NCBI GenBank assembly: GCA_043799545.1
Contig: JAZDNO010000006.1
Location: 96,001-160,000, forward strand
Direction: 5' to 3'
Source: Methanobacteriota archaeon
GTDB lineage: Archaea > Thermoplasmatota > Thermoplasmata > SG8-5 > DAIRED01
Length of the DNA stretch: 64,000 bases
The position numbers and the translations under genes were made by a program. Each line of letters opens with the position of its first letter. Position 1 is the first letter of the stretch. Below are positions 57,521 to 64,000 of this stretch, piece by piece. The notes under the pieces are model-generated. The model was not told the DNA's origin and ran no database searches. It saw only the letters and a list, made by a program, of their open reading frames with translations.

Positions 57521-60500
57521 TCACCCCAGTATCGTGTTGCCCCTAACTTGCACGTCGTCAACGTAGAAGCCGCCGAAGCCCACGGTGTTGCTCTTGTATG
57601 CGTAATAGCCCGCGACGCTGTTGGTGACCATCCTGAACCTCAGCATTATCGCGTTGCCGCCGAACGACGAGAGGTCGACGTTCAGGCGCGTTAGGGAGCT
57701 GGCGGAGACCCAATAGTTGCCGGAATCGATTCCGCTGTAGGACCTGTCCGGCGTGTCGTCCTTTCCGTCCGAGAGGTCGCCTTCGACCCCCGAGACGTTC
57801 CAGGCGGCGCGGACGCCCAGGTTGATGGCGGACCAGCTCAGGCCGTTGTCCTTGCTTATCTCGACCCTGAAGCCGTCCGGCGGCGCGCCGTCCGCGGTGT
57901 TGATGTTGAACTTGAAGTAGGCGCTGAGCGTCGCGCTCCTGGCATTGGTCAGGTCGATGGGCCCGCACATCAGCGAGTTGTCTATGCCCTTCTTCATGTA
58001 GCCAGTGGCGCTGTCGCCGTTCCACCAGGCGTAGGTGCCGCTGTGGGCGGTGTGGAGCATCGTGCCTCCGGGGCCGTACGCCCATCCGGACGTTACGAGC
58101 CTCCAGGCGTCGGCCGTGACGTTCTCCGCATTGCCGCGGGCGACCGCGACCTTGACGTCGTCTATGTACCATCCGTAGCCCGTCCCGCCGCCGTACTGGT
58201 AGTACTGGAACCTGACGCGGACGTTGCTTAGCGGGTTGTAACCGGCGATGCCCGTCTGGTTGACCCACGGCAGGAGGTCGACGCTGACCTTCTCCCAGGC
58301 AAACGTTCCGCGCCCGCTGACGCCGTTCCAGCCCCACTGCATGAACGTTCCCATGCTGTCGGACCTCAGAGCTCTGGCGGTCACGTTGGCCGCGTCCGCG
58401 CCGTTGAACAGCCTCAGGTTGCCGGTGTATGCGCTGCTCGGGACGACGTAGCGCCACTTCCAGGCGCCCACGGCGCTCTCCTTGTACCCGACCATCAGGA
58501 CCCCGCCGTTCACGCCCGGCACCATGTTGTACTTGTGCCAGAAGCTGAGCGTTGCCGTTTCCAGGTTGGTCAGGTTCATTCCCTTCGTCACCGCGGACTT
58601 GTTGGAGTTCGGACCGGCGGGGGAGAGGCCTGGAATGGAGGAGCCGGTGCCCCCTCCTCCGGAGGATGCCGCCCCGGTGGTGAATGTCCACGAGTACGGT
58701 GTGCCGGTCAGGGGGAGCCCGTCAGCCGAGTCGGAGCCGGCCGTGACGGTGACAGTGTATGTGGTCGAGTAGGCGAAGGCCGTGTGGGCTATCGTCAGGG
58801 CGGTGTTTCCGCTCGTCCAGGCGTTGGCAAGCCCGCCGGGGTTCGGGTTGACGGTGTAGGCCACCGTCCCGGTGCTCATCGCCTTGCTGAAGACTATGCC
58901 GATCGAGGTGGTGATTCCGACACCCGTCGCGCCGTTGGACGGCGAGACGTAGACTATCGACGGGGCCGTCGGGCCCGAGGCGGTTGTGAAATGGAATGGG
59001 TTCGGGGCCGCGCTATAGCCGCCGATGGAGATGTCGTCTATCGCCCAGCCGTCGTCGTTGCCGCTTCCGTCGCTGGACATCCAGAACCTGATGATGATGG
59101 ACTGGCCGTCGTAGGCCGAGAGGTCCACCGTGTCCTGCTGCCACACCCCCCAGTCCCCGGTCCAGCCCTGGCTCTGGCCGTGCTTGGTGTTGTAGTCTCC
59201 GTTGCCGTCGATGCTCGCGTCCCAGCCCTGGCTCGGCAGGTTCGGGGCGGCCAGGTTCCAGGTAGTTCCGCCGTCGTTTGAGACCATGACGCACCCGCCG
59301 TCGTAGTTGTTCTCGAACTCGAAGTAGTTCCAGAACGTCATCACGGTGCTGGAGGAGCCGGCAAGGTTGAAGGACTGCTCCAGCCAGTTGTTCGCGTCGT
59401 CGTCATAGTTGTTGTTCAGGTCCAATTCGAGGCAGTTGGAGCCGGAATGTGGAGCTATGCCTGGGTCGCTCGGGTCCCCCCGCTCCCACTCGTCCTGAGT
59501 CCCGCCATGGCTCCAGCCGTCCCATCCTGCCTCGAAATCGGTCGCGTGCAGGGTGATGCTGGTGCCGCCGGACAGTGGCACGCCCGCCTTGGAGCTGCCT
59601 CCGGTAATAGTGAACGTGTAGAGCATGGCGTAATCGAAGTTCGCGTGCGTGTAGGTTGCGACCGTGTCGCCGCTGCTCCACGATACCGCCCAGCCGCCCG
59701 GGCTGGGGGCGCAGGTGTAAGTTACGGTTGCGATGTTCATGGGGACGCTGAATGCGACGGATACTGCGGCGTTGATTGCTATTCCGGTGGCCCCGTTGGA
59801 CGGGTACGTGTAGGTTATGTAGGTGCCGACCGAGGGTACGGCGGTGGCGAAGGCCCAGACCGGGCCGTTTGTCGTCGCCGAACCGTCGTTGGCAATCACG
59901 TACCAGTAGTAGAGGGTGGATGCCGCAAGGGCGGGAGATGTGGTCGTCGCCGCGATGTCGTTCGCGACTAGAACGGTCGGCGGGTTTGTCGTTCCCAGGT
60001 ACACGTCGTAGGTCAGCGGGTCGCCGTCCGGGTCGCTGCAGGTCCAGGATAGGGCCGAGGTCGTCGCCACGTTCACGGTTCCGTCGGCCGGGCTCGGGTT
60101 GGACGGCGCGTTCGGCGGCAGGTTGGGGCGGGTCCAGCGGAAGCCCTCGATTCTGGTGTCGTACGGGGTTATCCCCCAGTATATCCTGTCGTTTCCAGCC
60201 CCGGCCGAATTGGCTATTAGATAGTACCTGACTGTCCACATATTGTTGTCTAGCTGGCTAGCCCCGAGTTGCTCGGTCGTGAACGTCGCCCTCAGGGTCG
60301 CTGGCGGGTTTGTGTTTCTGTCGGCGTATACCCTGACAACGATGGAATCTGTGGACGCAAGGCCAGTTGACGGAGGGGTCCATGTAGCCGAGTATATTCC
60401 TGCGCCATTGGCGGTCACGGAAGCTATCGCGGATACGGCGCCGGTTATCTGCGTTTCCGCCCCTCCCGACGAACGTTGGTACACGCGGATTCCAGCGTAC

Positions 60501-63500
60501 ACCGTACCGCCGTCGCCCATCGAACCAGGGCCCGCCTGAGTGCCAGACTGCGTAGTACCAAGCGAGTAGGCGGTCAAACCGTTCACATTCGCCTCCAAAT
60601 TCACGCCTCTCATGTACCTAGTCTCTGTGACCGTCGCCAATGGAGCCGGCCCCGGGAAGGCCCGCGTCCCAGGCTGCGGACCGGAAACGCCCTGCGTCCC
60701 CGGCGGAGGGTTGCCCGAGCGGGTGATGTTCTGGCCGGAGAGCTGGGTGGATATCTGGGAGAATATAAACTGGAAGATGGTGCTCAAGTTGCTGCTCGCA
60801 GCTTCATAGAAGTACTGGCCGTGAATGCCTTTCTGGACGGATGTATTGGCTATCTTCCAGAGGTCGTATTCGGTTGTGAACGGCGCCCATGCCTCTGTCA
60901 TTGTTGGCGAGTGCGGGTTGACTCCTAGCCCCACGGTGTAGACGATTGCGGGGGCGTAGATGAGGCCGGTTCTCGACTGTCCTGCCACGTTTGTGGTGAC
61001 GTCGTACACGTCAGGGTTGTCGGGTTCTCCGTTGCCGCTGTCGGCGGTGTTTATATCCGACCAAGCGTACGCCCCTGCCCTGTACCGGTAAACATCGTGT
61101 CCGTTCGTTCCATCTACGTTGTCATAGCGAACCGTCGTGTCCCCCCATTTAAGACCGGCTGCGCGTCCCCACGAGGATGTCGACCACAAACTCCCGACCT
61201 CGGAGCCTGGGCAGTAGTACTCGCTCCCCTCTTCGTTATTGTCACCGCCCCACCCATCATCTGGACCGTAGTCGTCCCCGTCCGTCAGTGCAACGAGCAC
61301 CTGTACATAATCTGAGCCAGCAGTTCCTGTGGCTCTTGGATTGTTCTTAACGTAGTTTAAGGAAAAACCTATAGTGTCCCAGATGGGGGTATAGGTGTTT
61401 GTGAAAAAAGCAGCGTTGTCGATTGTGGTGTTGAACGATGTTCTGTTGGCCTGCACCATCCAGGCGAAGGTTCTGGCTTGATTGTATGTGGGGTCGCCAT
61501 CCGTAGTCTGGAAGTTATACAGGGTGCACCGATCCGTCGAGCCCAGCTTCGCTATAAAATCCTTAGCAGCGTTCCTTGCATTGGTGAAATCAGTACCACT
61601 CATACTTCCACTCGAGTCTATAACTATCGCAACATCCATCGGTACTCTTGTCGTAGTCGTTGTTGTCGTACTCCCCGCCGGCTCCTGCAGCCAGTACGAC
61701 TTGTCGAAAGTGTGGTAGAAGCCCGCGTCCGTGCTGTTCGTCACGTTAGTGTAGGGCAGCCCAGTGAGCGGGTTGACGAGGGCGCGGTCCCAGTCCTTCT
61801 CGATGTTCATCGAGACCACGGTCCCGGAGATGTAGTCCAGCGGCTGCTCGCCGTTGATGAGCGTGACGGTGCTGTCGTGGTTCCATTTCGACTCGCCGTT
61901 CTCCATGTCGTCGTAGAAGAAGTAGACGTAGGTCGGGTAGGAGATGAGATTGTTGAACCACTCGATTATCTCCCCGGTCTCGTTTATCGGGTCCACCAAC
62001 ACATACAGGGTGCGCTGCCCCGCGAAGAGCGGCGTCCAGATGACCTCCGCGGTCGTGAAGCCGGCGGGCGACACGGTTATCGAGTCCGAGCCTATCTGGG
62101 TCGTCCCGTCCATGAAGCGCACCAGCGCGTTCCCGCTCGTTCCGCCGGTGTTCTGCACCTTCGCCTGGAGCACGTACGAGTCGCCGAGCTGCGGGTTGAC
62201 CGCGGCTCCGGACGCGACCTTGACGCCGTCTATGAAGAAGTCCGTGAGGGCCGTGCGAAGCTCCACCCGGAGCTCCGGCAGGCCGAACCAGCGCAGCACC
62301 ATCTGCGCGAGCTCGGCGCTCGCGTTCGCGTTGCCCGGGAACTCCGAGGAGCCGTTGAGGTCCTGGAACGAGAACGATGTAGTCACTGACTTGAAGCCGC
62401 CCGTCGAGATGTTTACGGCGTTGAACCAGGACCCGTTGTAGGGGAACATCCCCCTCGCCAAAAACGTCGGGAAGATGGCCTGGCTGGTTCCGGCCTTCAG
62501 CCTGTACGACGTGCCGTGGGTGATGTTGTGGCCGTCCACCCCCGCTAGGGACGCGGGCGCGACCACCGCCGCGGCCGATGCAACCCCCAGGTAGTTCTGC
62601 TGGAAGACGCTGGCCCCGGTGTTCAGGCAGTTCCTTCCGACCAGCCAGAGGCATCCACTGTTGTTCAGGTAGGCGCCGAGGTTCGTCGTGTCAGCAGGCA
62701 GCAGCGGGTTCGCCGCGTTTCCCGTGGACCATATCACCACGTTGAAGTCCTTCATGTAATCAAAGATTGGTCCGGGCTGGCCCGGGAGGACGGACCACGA
62801 CTCGTTGAAGTGGCCGAGGCGCGTGAGCGCGTTCCTGATGGCGGTCGTCTCGTTCCCTGGCGCAATGTCCGTCTCGTCGTCGTCTACGACAAGTATGCGG
62901 AACTGGACGTTGATTGTTCCCGAGGCGAGATAGTTAGACACTACGTTGTTGTTCTCGTTGGTCTCCGTAATCAGCTTGTCGGGGTCGACTTCGAGGACTA
63001 TGGTGTGGTACCCGACCAGTACGGGCGTCCAGACGAACGGCCCGACAGAAATCCAGTTCGAGCCGATCGTGTTGCTCACGGTAATCTGGATGTCCGGGAT
63101 GATGCCCTGGTCGTTCAGGGGCATGCCGTTGTAGTAGATTGTGAGCCTCACGGACGAAGTTTCGAGCTGCATTCCGTTGTTGCGGACTATGCCGGAGATT
63201 TGGACGGGCTGGCGGTAGTAGACGACGTCTTTATCTATGGTCTGTTCGGATATGGCGAGGTCCCGCCCGAAGGAGGTGTTGATGTTGCCGAGCCAGCGTA
63301 TCACCTGGTAGGCGAGCTGAGCCTGGTCTGACGTGTCTTTAATCCTGGAGAACGCCCAGGGAGTGAAGTACGTTCTGGTGTTGTTGTTGATGTCGAATCC
63401 GACTCCGTAGCAGTCGCCGGTCGAGGTGTTGACCAGGGAGTTGAACGACCTGGGGTCTGCCCCCTTGTTGATCGCCCAGCCGTTCGTGAAACCCGTCTTG

Positions 63501-64000
63501 CGCGTGACGATGTCTATGCCGCCCCCGTTGAGGTATCCTGTCACGTTGTCCGACGGGCTCCCGCACGTGAGGTAGGTAGCCATCGAAGTCCTGTTTATCG
63601 CCCCGCCGCCTATGCTGAGGTTGGACTGCAAGAACGCGTTGATGCCCGGGTTGGCGGTGTCTGCGAGGATTCCCTGGCCTATCAGCCAGAGGCTGCCGGG
63701 GTTTAGACCGACTCCGAGGAACCTCTTGAGGTTGGTAACATCGTTGCTCGTGAGGGTGTTCCTCGTCGAGTAGCCAGTCATCCACACGACGACGTCGTAG
63801 TTGACCATCTTGAAGTCCCCTGTGCTATACCCCGGCCCGTCGCCCACGGCGACGCTGGTGAAGTCGTAGTCGAAGTTGCCCGCGGACAGCGCCGCCCTCA
63901 TGAAGCTCGACGTGTCCTGGTCGGTTTTGTCGTTCGGGTAGCCGTCGTCGTCGACCACCAGTATCGTCGGCTGCACTGTGACCGTGATGTTTGCCTCGTG
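57521..64000 (-). CDS. Paralogous giant adhesin, >2150 aa, 5' end outside the window; vWA, two Big_5-like Ig, FN3-like and MAM-like domains
   Basis: Frame open to 64000; colinear with the 1780-aa protein (ILVVDDD, FFYDDMENG, TNARSATLSAYFKFNINT); MIDAS VIDSSGSMS; PSNGATG...FS..M Ig repeats; DFEAGWDGW...GWAIDDI. Confidence 0.88.
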   Translation of the reverse strand, partial: HEANITVTVQPTILVVDDDGYPNDKTDQDTSSFMRAALSAGNFDYDFTSVAVGDGPGYSTGDFKMVNYDVVVWMTGYSTRNTLTSNDVTNLKRFLGVGLNPGSLWLIGQGILADTANPGINAFLQSNLSIGGGAINRTSMATYLTCGSPSDNVTGYLNGGGIDIVTRKTGFTNGWAINKGADPRSFNSLVNTSTGDCYGVGFDINNNTRTYFTPWAFSRIKDTSDQAQLAYQVIRWLGNINTSFGRDLAISEQTIDKDVVYYRQPVQISGIVRNNGMQLETSSVRLTIYYNGMPLNDQGIIPDIQITVSNTIGSNWISVGPFVWTPVLVGYHTIVLEVDPDKLITETNENNNVVSNYLASGTINVQFRILVVDDDETDIAPGNETTAIRNALTRLGHFNESWSVLPGQPGPIFDYMKDFNVVIWSTGNAANPLLPADTTNLGAYLNNSGCLWLVGRNCLNTGASVFQQNYLGVASAAAVVAPASLAGVDGHNITHGTSYRLKAGTSQAIFPTFLARGMFPYNGSWFNAVNISTGGFKSVTTSFSFQDLNGSSEFPGNANASAELAQMVLRWFGLPELRVELRTALTDFFIDGVKVASGAAVNPQLGDSYVLQAKVQNTGGTSGNALVRFMDGTTQIGSDSITVSPAGFTTAEVIWTPLFAGQRTLYVLVDPINETGEIIEWFNNLISYPTYVYFFYDDMENGESKWNHDSTVTLINGEQPLDYISGTVVSMNIEKDWDRALVNPLTGLPYTNVTNSTDAGFYHTFDKSYWLQEPAGSTTTTTTTRVPMDVAIVIDSSGSMSGTDFTNARNAAKDFIAKLGSTDRCTLYNFQTTDGDPTYNQARTFAWMVQANRTSFNTTIDNAAFFTNTYTPIWDTIGFSLNYVKNNPRATGTAGSDYVQVLVALTDGDDYGPDDGWGGDNNEEGSEYYCPGSEVGSLWSTSSWGRAAGLKWGDTTVRYDNVDGTNGHDVYRYRAGAYAWSDINTADSGNGEPDNPDVYDVTTNVAGQSRTGLIYAPAIVYTVGLGVNPHSPTMTEAWAPFTTEYDLWKIANTSVQKGIHGQYFYEAASSNLSTIFQFIFSQISTQLSGQNITRSGNPPPGTQGVSGPQPGTRAFPGPAPLATVTETRYMRGVNLEANVNGLTAYSLGTTQSGTQAGPGSMGDGGTVYAGIRVYQRSSGGAETQITGAVSAIASVTANGAGIYSATWTPPSTGLASTDSIVVRVYADRNTNPPATLRATFTTEQLGASQLDNNMWTVRYYLIANSAGAGNDRIYWGITPYDTRIEGFRWTRPNLPPNAPSNPSPADGTVNVATTSALSWTCSDPDGDPLTYDVYLGTTNPPTVLVANDIAATTTSPALAASTLYYWYVIANDGSATTNGPVWAFATAVPSVGTYITYTYPSNGATGIAINAAVSVAFSVPMNIATVTYTCAPSPGGWAVSWSSGDTVATYTHANFDYAMLYTFTITGGSSKAGVPLSGGTSITLHATDFEAGWDGWSHGGTQDEWERGDPSDPGIAPHSGSNCLELDLNNNYDDDANNWLEQSFNLAGSSSTVMTFWNYFEFENNYDGGCVMVSNDGGTTWNLAAPNLPSQGWDASIDGNGDYNTKHGQSQGWTGDWGVWQQDTVDLSAYDGQSIIIRFWMSSDGSGNDDGWAIDDISIGGYSAAPNPFHFTTASGPTAPSIVYVSPSNGATGVGITTSIGIVFSKAMSTGTVAYTVNPNPGGLANAWTSGNTALTIAHTAFAYSTTYTVTVTAGSDSADGLPLTGTPYSWTFTTGAASSGGGGTGSSIPGLSPAGPNSNKSAVTKGMNLTNLETATLSFWHKYNMVPGVNGGVLMVGYKESAVGAWKWRYVVPSSAYTGNLRLFNGADAANVTARALRSDSMGTFMQWGWNGVSGRGTFAWEKVSVDLLPWVNQTGIAGYNPLSNVRVRFQYYQYGGGTGYGWYIDDVKVAVARGNAENVTADAWRLVTSGWAYGPGGTMLHTAHSGTYAWWNGDSATGYMKKGIDNSLMCGPIDLTNARSATLSAYFKFNINTADGAPPDGFRVEISKDNGLSWSAINLGVRAAWNVSGVEGDLSDGKDDTPDRSYSGIDSGNYWVSASSLTRLNVDLSSFGGNAIMLRFRMVTNSVAGYYAYKSNTVGFGGFYVDDVQVRGNTILG

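Noticed and set aside
52165-64000. Diversity-generating retroelement acting on the adhesins
   Set aside because: No reverse transcriptase, and no near-identical TR/VR pair with adenine-specific differences was seen; similarity is at the level of paralogous domains

Overview
GC-rich archaeal chromosome segment. Gene content (class II HMG-CoA reductase, RaSEA, Trm5, Dph5, NurA-HerA-Mre11-Rad50, KaiC-like ATPase, GGGGTGA/GAGGTGA ribosome-binding sites, many zinc-ribbon and CARDB-type proteins) suggests Thermoplasmatota; this placement is inference. The first ~35 kb is mostly housekeeping: a degenerate FtsZ paralogue with two TPR proteins, the DSB-repair operon, an HMGR/acyl-CoA operon, pyrBI, iscU, ilvE, tRNA-modification genes, hypB, tRNA-Thr(UGU) and tRNA-Phe(GAA). 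The last ~28 kb is a type IV pilus locus: a pilin, two assembly ATPases and two TadC/FlaJ platform proteins on +, converging on a minus-strand series of giant surface proteins (a 2253-aa CARDB-type protein, an M14+C11 double peptidase, a ~1780-aa vWA-bearing pilin and a >2150-aa paralogue cut by the window edge). Two things stand out. (1) Both tRNA genes are flanked by ~60-100 nt hairpin units built from inverted copies of that tRNA's own arms, with a similar architecture and a core motif shared between loci. (2) The pilus-linked adhesin/protease array contains AT-richer modules that look exchanged. No CRISPR array, integrase, transposase or reverse transcriptase was seen. All family assignments come from motif recognition by eye, not database searches.
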